Assembly: GCA_963828465.1 (NCBI GenBank)
Contig: CAWHEU010000026.1
Coordinates: forward strand, 32,001-96,000
From: an uncultured Acidobacteriota bacterium
GTDB lineage: Bacteria > Actinomycetota > Acidimicrobiia > Spongiisociales > ZC4RG35
Reading direction: 5' to 3'
DNA length: 64,000 bases
The position numbers were made by a program, and so were the translations under genes. A model generated the notes under the pieces. That model was not told the origin of the DNA and did not search any database. It saw only the letters and a list, made by a program, of their open reading frames with translations. Shown piece after piece: positions 1-9,814 of the stretch; within the stretch, counting starts at the first letter, position 1, and every line of letters begins with the position of its first letter.

Positions 1-1
1 G

Positions 2-724
2 GGTTGCTGGGCCGCCCTGCTCTCCCTACCCACCTCCGACGTATCACGGCAGGTTTGTCTCGGAGAGGACGGCATCGCCCGATCTGCGGTATCGCCACTC
101 TTTGTATACGACACCACAACGGGCCGGCCCAACGATGCCGTCGAGATCGGCGACGCATTGGCCGAGATAGGAGTCGTCTACTCCGACACCACCGTCAGCG
201 GGAACAGCGAGGTGGCCGAGAAGGGCGAGCTGGTAGTGATGATGGGCGGCTCGGAGGATGCCTATTTGCGAGGCAGGCCGATCTTCGAGGCGATCGGTCG
301 CTCCCATCATCATGTCGGGCCTGTCGGCTCCGCCTCCCGGATGAAGCTGATCGTGAACCACGCCCTCACAGTTCAAAGGATGGCGCTGGCCGAGGCTCTA
401 GTCGTTGCCGAACTCTCCGGGATGGACCTCGACATCGCTCTCGATGTGTTGAAAGACTCCCTTGCCTACTCCAAAGTCATGGACGTCTGGGGAGACCGCA
501 TGGTCGCCGGCGACCACGAGTTTCCTTACGCCCGGCTCCGGCAGAGCCACAAGGACGCCCGTCTCATCGTCGATCACGGGGTCGAGCTGGGGGCAACGAT
601 GGATCTGGCCCGGGTGGCCCGCGAAGCGCTGGCCGAGGGCGAGGTAACCGGGCTGGCCGACATGGACAATTCGTCGGTCATGGAGGTGGTCCGGCGGCGA
701 GCGGGCATTGGTCGGGTGGAGTGA
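2..724 (+). CDS. NAD(P)-dependent oxidoreductase, 3-hydroxyisobutyrate/6-phosphogluconate dehydrogenase family (5' truncated by window)
   Basis: Frame open from base 2: LLSLPTSDVSRQVCLGEDG...DTTVSG...GPVGSASRMKLIVN...KDARLI. Confidence 0.85.
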   Translation, partial: GCWAALLSLPTSDVSRQVCLGEDGIARSAVSPLFVYDTTTGRPNDAVEIGDALAEIGVVYSDTTVSGNSEVAEKGELVVMMGGSEDAYLRGRPIFEAIGRSHHHVGPVGSASRMKLIVNHALTVQRMALAEALVVAELSGMDLDIALDVLKDSLAYSKVMDVWGDRMVAGDHEFPYARLRQSHKDARLIVDHGVELGATMDLARVAREALAEGEVTGLADMDNSSVMEVVRRRAGIGRVE

Positions 725-743
725 TCCTATATTGTGCATGATA
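723..743. promoter_or_regulatory. Island operator copy 1 (GATCCTATATTGTGCATGATA), overlapping a putative -10 TATTGT and leaderless ATG
   Basis: Near-identical to sites at 7357 and 25927(rc). Confidence 0.7.
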
Positions 744-1745
744 TGAGCGGCCGGGTCATCGACATCCATTGCCATCGGGAGTGCGCCCCGGCGGCAGCAT
801 TGGTCAAACCGGAGGCAGACAAGCTGGGCCGAAAACCACTCCAGTTCGGCAACGACCTGACCAAGGAGGTGAATCGGAAGCAACTCGAAGACATCCGCCC
901 CAAGATGGAGGATGTCGAGGTCAGGCTGGCGGACATGGATTCCATGGGTGTCGACGTCCAGGCGCTCAGTCTGTCTCCATATCAGCTGTTCCATTGGGCG
1001 GAGGGCGATCTCGCCGCCCGTGCATTCGCCACCGTCAACGACGACCTCGCCACGCTCGTCGCCGGACATCCCGACCGGTTCCTCGGTCTGGGCGCTGTCC
1101 CGCTACAGGACCCCTCGGCGGCGATCGCCGAGGTGCGGCGATGCTCGGAGGAACTCGGGTTCCGGGGCATCGAGATGGCGACCCACATCGAGGGCGAGGA
1201 GCTGTCCAGCCCTCGCTTCGAGGATTTCTGGGGGGTGGTGGAGGAGCTTGGGGATGGTCGTCTTCATCCACCCCACCGGGTTCACCGACCCGGCTCGGCT
1301 CACCGACCACTATTTCTTCAACACCATCGGGCACCCCCTCGAAGAGACGATCTGCGCCGGGCGTCTCATCTTCGACGGTGTGATGGAGCGTCATCCCGGG
1401 CTGAAATTCGTCTTCGCCCACGGCGGCGGATACCTGCCCGCCTATGCCGGCCGCTTCGACCACGCCTATCACGCCCGGGCCGATGTGCGTCACGGCCTGC
1501 CCCGGCCCCCCAGCGAGTACCTGTCCAGCTTCTATTTCGACACAATGGTGTTCGAAGCCGACCAGCTGGGGTTCCTCATCGACAAGTACGGAGCGGATCA
1601 CGTCCTCCTCGGCACCGACTACCCATACGACATGGGTGAGACCGACCCGCTCGGCCTCATCAACAAGGTGAGCGGTCTCGATCCCAACGATGTCGACCTG
1701 ATCGTCGGCGGAAATGCGGCCCGTCTCCTCGGGATCGAGCGATGA
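743..1745 (+). CDS. Amidohydrolase-2 (ACMSD-like) family protein, with +1 frameshift in G-run at about 1250-1253
   Basis: IDIHCH N-terminus in ORF 734-1639; FIHP, AHGGG and LGTDYPYDM in ORF 912-1745; removing one G joins EELG-MVVFIHP. Confidence 0.85.
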
Positions 1746-2854
1746 GAGGGGAGGGCATCGGTCTCGCTGTCGTCGGCTGTGGCACAGTGGGCCGCATCCG
1801 CGCCGTCCTGGCTCGGGAGCATCCGGCGGTTGACTGGATCGGGCTCTGCGACATCGATGCCGACGTCGCCAAGACCCTGGGCGAAGACGTCGACGCCGAC
1901 CTGGTCAGTACCGACCTGGACGAGCTGCTGGGCCGACCCGAGGTGACGGCCGTGATCATCGCCACCGCCGAGAACGAGCACGTGACGCCGATCCTCTCCG
2001 CCGTCGAGTTGGGCAAGCCGCTCTTCATCGAAAAGCCCCTGGCCACCGACCCGGTGGATTCGGCTCGAGTTCTCGAGGCCATCGAGGCGGCGGGGATCGA
2101 TGCGGTCATGGGTTACACCCAACGGTTCCGCCGCCGCTTCCAAACCGTGAAGCAGCGTCTGCGGGACGGTCAGATCGGTGAGGTGACCAGCGTCGTCACC
2201 CGGGCTTTCATGAACCGGATGGTCCCCGATGCCACGCTCCGCAAGACCAGTGAGCGCTCCAACCTGACCCCGATGGTCGTGTCCGGCACCCACAGTCTCG
2301 ACATGTGCATGTGGCTGATGGAGCCCCGCGAGCCTGTGGAGGTGTACGCCCGGTCCGTCGACGCCACTCTCGGGGAGATGGGGACCAAGGACGCCACGTT
2401 CGGTCTATTCACCATGGACGACGGCGTCATCTGGAGCATGAACATCAGCTGGGCCCTGCCCACGGTCTGGCCGGGTGCCGTCTACGGTCTCGAGATCGGG
2501 ATCGTCGGGACCCAAGGAGTGATCGACATCGAGGACACACATCGCGATGTGGTGTTGGCGACGCAGATCCCACAGCCGGCGGGCTACACGTCCAAGGGAT
2601 ACGAGCCCGACTCGCAGCGATATGTCGACTTCCTCGGCAGCTACCCACCCGGAGATGTCTCCGACGGGCTGTTGTGGGGTCCGATGCGCGAAGAGACGAT
2701 GACGTGGTTCAACCGTCTCTCCACGGGCATCGCCACCCCGCATGCCACCGCTCGGGACGGGCACCGAAACCTGATCCTGACCATGGCGATGGATCATTCC
2801 GCCCGGACCGGGGGTCCGGTCGAGCTGCCTATCGCCCCCGAAGCACTCATCTGA
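1742..2854 (+). CDS. Gfo/Idh/MocA family oxidoreductase
   Basis: VVGCGTVG Rossmann motif, IEKP, H-x-x-D; ATGA overlap with upstream stop. Confidence 0.9.
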   Translation: MRGEGIGLAVVGCGTVGRIRAVLAREHPAVDWIGLCDIDADVAKTLGEDVDADLVSTDLDELLGRPEVTAVIIATAENEHVTPILSAVELGKPLFIEKPLATDPVDSARVLEAIEAAGIDAVMGYTQRFRRRFQTVKQRLRDGQIGEVTSVVTRAFMNRMVPDATLRKTSERSNLTPMVVSGTHSLDMCMWLMEPREPVEVYARSVDATLGEMGTKDATFGLFTMDDGVIWSMNISWALPTVWPGAVYGLEIGIVGTQGVIDIEDTHRDVVLATQIPQPAGYTSKGYEPDSQRYVDFLGSYPPGDVSDGLLWGPMREETMTWFNRLSTGIATPHATARDGHRNLILTMAMDHSARTGGPVELPIAPEALI

Positions 2855-2865
2855 AAGGACCGGAC

Positions 2866-3936
2866 ATGGAACCGCTCAGCATCGGGATCATCGGCACCGG
2901 ATGGTGTGGCGAGATAAGGGCAGTTGCTGCCGCGAACAGCGCTCTGGTCGGATCGCTCCACCTGGCCGAGATCAAGGAGGAGCGGCTTGCCGAGGTCGCG
3001 GCGCAGACCGGTGCCGTCACCGCCACGACCGACTGGGAGGAGCTCGTCGCTGACTCCGGGATCCAGGCCATGATCATTTCGGCGACCCCCGAGACACTCC
3101 ACTACCCGATGGCCAAGGCCGCGCTGGAGGCGGGCAAGCACGTTCTCTTGGAGAAGCCGATATCGATCACGCTCGAGGAGGCCGACGAGTTGATCCGCAT
3201 CGCCGAAGCCAAGAACCTCAAGTTCACCATTGGCTACTCGCAGCGATTCAACCCCAAGCAGGCCCTGGTCAGGCGAAGCCTGAACGACGGCACGTTGGGC
3301 GATCCCGTGAGCGTGTTGGTGAGCCGTCACATCACCCGCTCGCTCGGGGCGAAGATCGGCTCGCGGACCAAGCTCTCCCCGGCTGCCATGGAGGCAACAC
3401 ACGACATCGACTTCTCGCTGTGGTGCCTCGAGCCCCGCCGGCCGGTCCGCGTCTACTCCCAGGTGGCGTGGGGGGCTCGGCAGGATCAAGGAGTCCCGGA
3501 CACTCAGGTCATCGTCATCACGATGGACGACGGGGTCACCGTCACCATCGGCGCCGGATGGTCGTTGCCTCCTGGCTATCCCAATTTCTCGACGACGTGG
3601 ATCGAGTTCCTCGGCACCGAGGGGGCCCTGATCATGGACGCCAGCCACAAGGACATCGTCCTGAACACGATCAAGGATGGAGTCCAGTTCCCTCTCTCCA
3701 CCATGCCCGGCGAGTACGTGGACCATGTCTACGCCGGCCCGATGGAGAGAGAGACGATCCACTTCTTCGAGGCCGTTGCCTATGACCGGCCGGTGATGGT
3801 CGAGCCGCGGCTGGCCCGTCTCACGATGGAGGTCTATTTGGCGGCGGACATTTCGGTGGAAACCGGTCAGGTCGTCGAGCTGCCCCTCCCCATCGACGAG
3901 AGCCAACCAAGCCTGCTCAGCACCATCACGGGCTGA
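2866..3936 (+). CDS. Gfo/Idh/MocA family oxidoreductase (paralog of upstream gene)
   Basis: SD AAAGGA, MEPLSIGIIGTGWCG, GKHVLLEKP, ATHDID. Confidence 0.9.
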   Translation: MEPLSIGIIGTGWCGEIRAVAAANSALVGSLHLAEIKEERLAEVAAQTGAVTATTDWEELVADSGIQAMIISATPETLHYPMAKAALEAGKHVLLEKPISITLEEADELIRIAEAKNLKFTIGYSQRFNPKQALVRRSLNDGTLGDPVSVLVSRHITRSLGAKIGSRTKLSPAAMEATHDIDFSLWCLEPRRPVRVYSQVAWGARQDQGVPDTQVIVITMDDGVTVTIGAGWSLPPGYPNFSTTWIEFLGTEGALIMDASHKDIVLNTIKDGVQFPLSTMPGEYVDHVYAGPMERETIHFFEAVAYDRPVMVEPRLARLTMEVYLAADISVETGQVVELPLPIDESQPSLLSTITG

Positions 3937-3978
3937 CTCCACTGGTTACAGTCGGCTGGCATCTGAGGGAGGAACTGG

Positions 3979-4812
3979 GTGCGCAGGCGACGGGCTGGGC
4001 TTCTATCCGTGTTGGTCATCGTTGTGGCATGCGGCGGGTCGTCATCTGATGCAACTTCCAGTGCGACCGGTTCGACATCGAGTGTGTCGGTGGCCAACAC
4101 GACTACGCCGACCAATGTGACTTCGACAACCGCGAGCTCCAACCTGAGCTATGTCGCTTTTGGAGACTCATGGCCGGAGGGCGCCCATTGCAACGGGTGC
4201 ACCCCGTTCCCCGCACTGTGGCTGGGAGCCCTCGAAGAGCAGACCGGTATGGAGATCGAATACTTCGACTTCATGGGGGACCGCGAGAGGAGCACGGAGG
4301 AGAGCAAGGCGAGCGCCAGTCTCCTCGCCAGTCTTCAGACCAACGAGGAGACACGTACCGCGGTAGCTGATGCGGATGTGATCCTGATCTCCACCGGGCC
4401 TAATGAAATCGGAGATGCTGCCGAGGCGGTGAAGGCGGGTACCTGCGGCGGCGATGACGGGTTTGACTGCATCCGGGCCTTGGGGGAAATGTGGAGTACG
4501 AATTTCGAGCAGATCCTCACCGAGATCGAGACCTTGCGGGAGGGGAATCCCACCGCTATCCGGTTGGTCAACGGAGCCAATCCCTTCGTGTTGTACCCGG
4601 AGGACAACGAGGGACTACCCCCGGACTTCGCTACCACCGGCGGGACCCTCATGTTCGACCTCCTTGCAGCCGCCATGTGCGACGCCGCGGCCGCACACGA
4701 AGCCGTGTGCATCGACGCCAGACCGTTGATCCAGGTCTCCGAGGACTCCCCCGAGTCGATGCAGGCGGTTGCCGACGCCCTGGCCGCCACCGGACTGGCC
4801 GAGCTCGACTAG
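3979..4812 (+). CDS. SGNH/GDSL hydrolase lipoprotein
   Basis: Lipobox VVAC, Ser/Thr linker, YVAFGDSW block I, GPN block III. Confidence 0.75.
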   Translation: MRRRRAGLLSVLVIVVACGGSSSDATSSATGSTSSVSVANTTTPTNVTSTTASSNLSYVAFGDSWPEGAHCNGCTPFPALWLGALEEQTGMEIEYFDFMGDRERSTEESKASASLLASLQTNEETRTAVADADVILISTGPNEIGDAAEAVKAGTCGGDDGFDCIRALGEMWSTNFEQILTEIETLREGNPTAIRLVNGANPFVLYPEDNEGLPPDFATTGGTLMFDLLAAAMCDAAAAHEAVCIDARPLIQVSEDSPESMQAVADALAATGLAELD

Positions 4813-4834
4813 CAGCCCAGCCTGCGCAGCGTCA

Positions 4835-6004
4835 TCACAAACTCAGCTCGGCGCGGCTACGCATCCGGCGGCTGGCCACGAAGGCCACGCACGCGATGAC
4901 GCACATCACGGTGACGAATAGCCAGGCGCCCGGATAGTTGCCACGCCCGGCCAGCCACCCGACGACCAGCGGGCCGATCACTGTCCCCGTCAGGTTTCCC
5001 GAGAGCACCACTCCTGAGGCTCGGGCTGGTAGATGGGGGTAGCTGTGGACGACCGTGAAGAAGATGATGCCCGGCCAACCCCATGCCCCGAGCAGGGCGA
5101 TCGGCATAGCCACCAGGTAAGGGCCGGGGGTAGAGGAGATGAAGAGCACGAAAGCTCCTATCGCTCCCGCTGCCGTCATCCAGGCCATCTCGGTGAACCC
5201 GATGCTCTCGTTGCGGTCCACCAGCCATCCGGCTCCCAAGCGCACGAGCACTACCAGCAGCGAGCAGCCGGCCAGGACCGCTCCCGCCGCTGCCTCGTCG
5301 ATCCCGATGTCCACCGCCGAAGGGACCACGAACAGTGAGAGCCCATTGCCGCCCATGGCGCCGGCGATGCCGCCGATGGCGAGGAAGACGAGCGACCTCG
5401 GTGGCCGGCCGATAGGCCCTTCGTTTCTCGCCGCAGCCCGGGCCATGTCGAGGTGGGGAGCCGATACGGCCAGGGTGAGAGCGATCAATCCTGCCAGCAC
5501 AAACGCCCACCGCCACCCGAAGACCAGACCGATGACCGGGAGCGAGATGCCGGCCAGGACACTCGCCAGTGGCACCGCCGCCTGCTTGGCTCCGAACCCG
5601 ACACCCTGACGCTCTCTGGCCACCCCGTCGAAGATTGCCAGATTCGAGGCGACCTGCGTCAGCCCATTGCCCATGCCACCGATAGCTGTGGCGAGGGGTA
5701 TCACCCACCAGACGACTGCGGTCCCGGCGATGACACAGGCGGCCAATGTGAGAAGCGCCCCGATGCGAAGACTGCGTCCCGGGCCGAGTCGGGCCACAAC
5801 CCGCCCCGCCGGGTTGGCGCCGAGGGCGGCTGCGCCGAAGTAAGCGGCGGTGGCGAGGCCGAGCTGGCCAACCCGGAATCCGATGTCTTCTTCCAGCTGG
5901 AGGATCTGGGCACTGACCAGGGCCAGCGGAAGCAGACAGGTCCCGGTGTAGATGACAGCGGTGAGGAGTGGCCGCCGCGCCAGGGTGGTGGCAAGCCAGC
6001 CCAT
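4835..6004 (-). CDS. MFS transporter
   Basis: About 12 hydrophobic segments, GRVVARLG and GWLVDR motif-A-like loops. Confidence 0.85.
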   Translation of the reverse strand: MGWLATTLARRPLLTAVIYTGTCLLPLALVSAQILQLEEDIGFRVGQLGLATAAYFGAAALGANPAGRVVARLGPGRSLRIGALLTLAACVIAGTAVVWWVIPLATAIGGMGNGLTQVASNLAIFDGVARERQGVGFGAKQAAVPLASVLAGISLPVIGLVFGWRWAFVLAGLIALTLAVSAPHLDMARAAARNEGPIGRPPRSLVFLAIGGIAGAMGGNGLSLFVVPSAVDIGIDEAAAGAVLAGCSLLVVLVRLGAGWLVDRNESIGFTEMAWMTAAGAIGAFVLFISSTPGPYLVAMPIALLGAWGWPGIIFFTVVHSYPHLPARASGVVLSGNLTGTVIGPLVVGWLAGRGNYPGAWLFVTVMCVIACVAFVASRRMRSRAELSL

Positions 6005-6011
6005 CGGCCGT

Positions 6012-6389
6012 TCAGCCCAGCAGCTCGACGGTCACGAACCGCAGTGGGGAGTTGCCGACATTCTCCAGGTCGTGGATGAGGGCAGTCTCGGGAGTGTGCT
6101 CGAGGTACTTGGTCTCGCCGACCAGGTAGTCGCGCACGACGAAGGTGCCGTCGGCGAACCGCTGCAAACCCCGGCTTCCCTCGACCACTGTCCAGAAGTA
6201 GTTGGTGACATGGGAGTGGAACGCCCCGCGCTCCCCGGGATGGAGGAGGATCTCCCAGACCCTGATTCGATCGTTCTCGAACCACATCGTGGTACCCACC
6301 TCGAAGTTGAGAGGCGCCGACTCGAGCTCGTCGGCGTAATCGTTGGTGTCGAAAGCGCCTTCTTCGACGATCTCTGGTCTTGCCTCCAT
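6012..6389 (-). CDS. Cupin domain protein
   Basis: FENDRIRVWE...PGE...FHSH...IHDLENVG. Confidence 0.8.
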   Translation of the reverse strand: MEARPEIVEEGAFDTNDYADELESAPLNFEVGTTMWFENDRIRVWEILLHPGERGAFHSHVTNYFWTVVEGSRGLQRFADGTFVVRDYLVGETKYLEHTPETALIHDLENVGNSPLRFVTVELLG

Positions 6390-7330
6390 CAGTTCACCTG
6401 ATAATCGGGCTTTTCACCGGTGAGGACCTTGATCACTTGTGTCGCCGCCTTTCGTTGCGACTCGGCGAGGGCCTCCTCGGAGTAGTAGGCCATGTGCGGG
6501 GTGACGATGAGGTTGGGGACGCCGTCGATGCGGGATGCGTCGAGTGGCTCCTCGTCGAAGACATCCAGACCCGCCGCGCCGATGGTTCCCTCGATCAGAG
6601 CCTTGGCGAGGGCATCGAGATCGACCAAAGGCCCACGTGAAGTGTTGATCAGGATCGCCGTCGGCTTCATCTTGGTTAGGGCGTCGGCGCCGATGATCCC
6701 TCTCGTCTCGTCGGTGAGAGGGAGATGGAGCGAGATGATGTCGGCCCGCCCGAGCACGGTGTCGAGCTGGAGGAGAGGTGGGAAGTCTGGCCCGGGTTGC
6801 AGATAGGGGTCGTGGGCGATGATGCTCGCCCCGAGGGCTTCCAGTGGGGCGGCGATGCGACGGGCGATCCGCCCGTATCCGACGAGACCGACGGTAAGAG
6901 TGGAGAGACGGCGGATGGGGCGAAAGTTGTCGATGCTCCATGTCCCGGACCGAACCGAATCGTTGGCAATTCCCACCTTGCGAAGCGAGGCCAGGATCAG
7001 GGCGAGGGCGTGGGTGGCGACCTCCTCCACGGAGTAGTCGGGAACGTTGGTGACCACGATCCCGGCGTCGGCGGCGGCTTTCAGGTCGACGTTGTCGAAG
7101 CCGATCCCGTATCGAGCGATGATCCGGCACTTCTCGAGGCGTGCTATCGAGTCGGCGGTCCAGGGCAGGTAGGTATTGAGGATGGCGTCGGCGTCGGCCG
7201 CCGTGGCCAGGACCGACTCCACATCCCCGGTAGCAACCGTGAGCTCTGCGTCGATCTCGGCCAGAAGCTCCCTCTCGACCTCCACGGTGGGGAACACCTG
7301 GTCGCTCACCACGACCTTGTATTTCGTCAG
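6389..7330 (-). CDS. D-isomer 2-hydroxyacid dehydrogenase (CtBP-like); probable CTG start
   Basis: GLVGYGRIA, INTSRG, DVFDEEP, TPHMAY; GGAG then 5 nt then CTG ACG AAA TAC AAG GTC GTG. Confidence 0.85.
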   Translation of the reverse strand: MTKYKVVVSDQVFPTVEVERELLAEIDAELTVATGDVESVLATAADADAILNTYLPWTADSIARLEKCRIIARYGIGFDNVDLKAAADAGIVVTNVPDYSVEEVATHALALILASLRKVGIANDSVRSGTWSIDNFRPIRRLSTLTVGLVGYGRIARRIAAPLEALGASIIAHDPYLQPGPDFPPLLQLDTVLGRADIISLHLPLTDETRGIIGADALTKMKPTAILINTSRGPLVDLDALAKALIEGTIGAAGLDVFDEEPLDASRIDGVPNLIVTPHMAYYSEEALAESQRKAATQVIKVLTGEKPDYQVN

Positions 7331-7356
7331 AGCGTCTCCAGGGTGGGCACCGGGCT

Positions 7357-7377
7357 GATCCTATATCATGCACGATC
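7357..7377. promoter_or_regulatory. Island operator copy 2 (GATCCTATATCATGCACGATC) in divergent promoter region
   Basis: Pseudo-palindrome; 19/21 identical to 25927(rc). Confidence 0.75.
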
Positions 7378-7403
7378 GACCCAGAAACCCTGTGGAGGAG
7401 CAG

Positions 7404-7919
7404 ATGCCGCGTGTCCGCATGATCGAGGAGAGGGAGGACGCGTCTCCCTCGCAGGTGGAGGCTTTCGACCACATCGCGGCCAGCCGGGGTGGTCAGATGA
7501 TCCGGCCCTTCGCGGCGATGATCCACCGGCCCCAAATAGCCCGTGCCGCCGCCGACCTCGGCGCCGTGATCCGGTTCGAATCCACCCTGTCCGATCACGA
7601 TCGTGAGGTGGTGATCTGCACCACCGCCATCGAGCTGGATTGTCCGTTCGAGTGGGAGTCGCACACCCCAATCGCCCAACGGGTCGGCGTCTCGGAGGCC
7701 ACACTCCACTCGATCGAGGACGGGCAGGAGGTCGAACATGCGGACGACGCTGTGTTGGTCGAGTTCACCCGGGAGCTGTGCCGCACCGGGAAGGTCGGAG
7801 AGGCTGTCTTCGAGCGGGCATGGTCGCGTCTCGATGAGGAAGGGACAGTAGAGCTTGCGGCCATCATCGGTTACTACACGATGCTGGCGCTGTTCATGAA
7901 TGCTTGTGAGGCGTGTTGA
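7404..7919 (+). CDS. Carboxymuconolactone decarboxylase/AhpD-like protein
   Basis: SD GGAGGAG; REVVIC...FEWESH...ELAAIIGYY. Confidence 0.8.
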   Translation: MPRVRMIEEREDASPSQVEAFDHIAASRGGQMIRPFAAMIHRPQIARAAADLGAVIRFESTLSDHDREVVICTTAIELDCPFEWESHTPIAQRVGVSEATLHSIEDGQEVEHADDAVLVEFTRELCRTGKVGEAVFERAWSRLDEEGTVELAAIIGYYTMLALFMNACEAC

Positions 7920-7934
7920 GAACTAGGAGGATCG

Positions 7935-8936
7935 ATGAGTGAAAAGGTGAGATTGGCCAGCATCGGAACCGGCCGCTGGGCCGGCGAGCTGGCCGACGCT
8001 GTAGCCCGGAGCGGTCAGGCCGAGGTGGTCTCGGGCTGGGCACGTCGCCCCGAGGGCCGGGAGGCGTTCGGCGAGAAGTTCGGATGTCGGCCCGCCGGAT
8101 CGATCGAAGAGCTGTTGTCCGACCCCGAGGTGGAGGGAGTGATCATCACGACCTCCCACCAGAGCCACCGGGAAATGATCGAGAAGGCGGCGGGCGCCGG
8201 CAAGCACGTGTTCGTCGACAAACCCTTCACCAACACCGTGGAAGATGGTCTGGCGGCCATCGCCGCGGCCCGGGACGCCGGAGTGCTGCTCCAGGTGGGC
8301 CATCAGCGGCGACGTACCCCAGCCAAGCGACGGATCAAAGCCATGCTCGAGGCCGGCGAGCTGGGCGACGTGGAGACGGTGGTCACCAACCAGTCGATCC
8401 CCAACGGGTTCAAGATGCCCGAGACTGCGTGGCGTTGGGATCCGGACCAAAGCCCGCTCGGCTCGATGACTTCCCTCGGGGTGCACAAGATCGACACGAT
8501 CAACTATCTCGTGGGCCCGGTGCGCCGCGTGTTCGCCTTCACCCGCCCGGGGCGCGTCAAGCCCATAGACGAGGCCACGGTCCTGGCCCTGGAGTTGGAA
8601 AGCGGTGCCTTGGCGACCCTGACCACTTCGTTCTTCACCCCGGTGGTCAACGACACAACCGTGTTCGGCACCGACGCCGCCGCTTGGAGCACCAAGGGCG
8701 GGGCGAAGCTGAAGATCCAGGGCCGGGACGACCCGGAGCCGGTCGACGTCGAGTTGGAGCCCATCGACGAGCTCGCTGATCAGATGGCCGCTTTCGCTGC
8801 CGCAGTGCGTGGTGAGGCGCCGATCGAGGTTGATGGTGAGGCGGGTCTTGCCGTCATCGCAGTGATGGAGGCTGCGGTGGAGTCCGCGGAGTCGGGCCGG
8901 GCTGTCGATGTCGCCTCAGTCATGGCCGGGACCTGA
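7935..8936 (+). CDS. Gfo/Idh/MocA family oxidoreductase
   Basis: IGTGRWA, GKHVFVDKP, GVHKID. Confidence 0.9.
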   Translation: MSEKVRLASIGTGRWAGELADAVARSGQAEVVSGWARRPEGREAFGEKFGCRPAGSIEELLSDPEVEGVIITTSHQSHREMIEKAAGAGKHVFVDKPFTNTVEDGLAAIAAARDAGVLLQVGHQRRRTPAKRRIKAMLEAGELGDVETVVTNQSIPNGFKMPETAWRWDPDQSPLGSMTSLGVHKIDTINYLVGPVRRVFAFTRPGRVKPIDEATVLALELESGALATLTTSFFTPVVNDTTVFGTDAAAWSTKGGAKLKIQGRDDPEPVDVELEPIDELADQMAAFAAAVRGEAPIEVDGEAGLAVIAVMEAAVESAESGRAVDVASVMAGT

Positions 8937-8947
8937 AAGGAGAAGCC

Positions 8948-9814
8948 ATGGAGTACGCCGAGATCCTCTACGAGAAGCGTGACGACGCCGCCTGGATCGG
9001 GATCAACAGGCCGGAAGTGCGCAACGCCTTCCGCGAGCAGACGCTCGACGAGCTGGCCCATGCGCTCGAATCGACCCGACACGATCCCACGATCGTGGCC
9101 GCCGTGGTCTATGGCGTCGGGGGCCATTTCTCGGCCGGCGGTGACTTCCACGCCATGATGAAGCTGAACAAGGCCAACTCGTACATGTGGAACGACCGCA
9201 TGCTCAAAGTGGCGATGACCTGCCGCAACCTGCCCATCCCAGTGATCGCCATGGTGGAGGGCGCCTGTGTCGGAGGCGGCCACGAGTTGATGCTGTGGTG
9301 CGACCTGGTGATCACGGCCGATGACGCAACCTTCGGCCAGACCGGTGCCCGTGTAGGCGCCTGCCCGACCGTTGGGGCAACCCAGTACATCGCCAAGCTG
9401 ATTGGGGAGCGCCGGGCCAAGGAGATGATCTTCCTCTGCAAGCGGTACACGGGGGCGGAGGCGGCGGAGATCGGCTTGGCCAATGAGGCGTTGCCAGCCG
9501 CCGAGTTGCAAGTACGGGTCGAGGAGATCGTCCAGCAGATGAAGGGCTACTCGTCGCAGACCCTCCGGGCTACCAAGGTGTCGCTGAACTTCGAGTCCGA
9601 CGCCCTCTACCCGTCCTGGCAGCACGGCATGGAGTTGCTGGCCAACATCTGGGGCACGGAGGAGAGCCTGGAGGGCATGAACGCTTTCCTGGAGAAGCGA
9701 CCTGCCGACTTCCATCAGTTCCGTGTCCGGAACAAGAACGCCCTCGATACATATCTCGACGACTTCGATGAGGGTCGCAACCAGAGCGAGGCTTCGCAGG
9801 CCGCCCGGAAATGA
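8948..9814 (+). CDS. Crotonase-family enzyme, MenB/BadI-like (possible ring-opening beta-ketoacyl-CoA hydrolase)
   Basis: INRPEVRNAF, FSAGGD, VGGGHEL, FGQTGARVG, GERRAKEM. Confidence 0.8.
   Translation: MEYAEILYEKRDDAAWIGINRPEVRNAFREQTLDELAHALESTRHDPTIVAAVVYGVGGHFSAGGDFHAMMKLNKANSYMWNDRMLKVAMTCRNLPIPVIAMVEGACVGGGHELMLWCDLVITADDATFGQTGARVGACPTVGATQYIAKLIGERRAKEMIFLCKRYTGAEAAEIGLANEALPAAELQVRVEEIVQQMKGYSSQTLRATKVSLNFESDALYPSWQHGMELLANIWGTEESLEGMNAFLEKRPADFHQFRVRNKNALDTYLDDFDEGRNQSEASQAARK

Noticed and set aside
1245-1260. Programmed frameshift or phase variation in the amidohydrolase
   Set aside because: The G-run is only 4 nt with no slippery heptamer or stimulator, and the intact paralog at 15121 suggests a simple indel or error.
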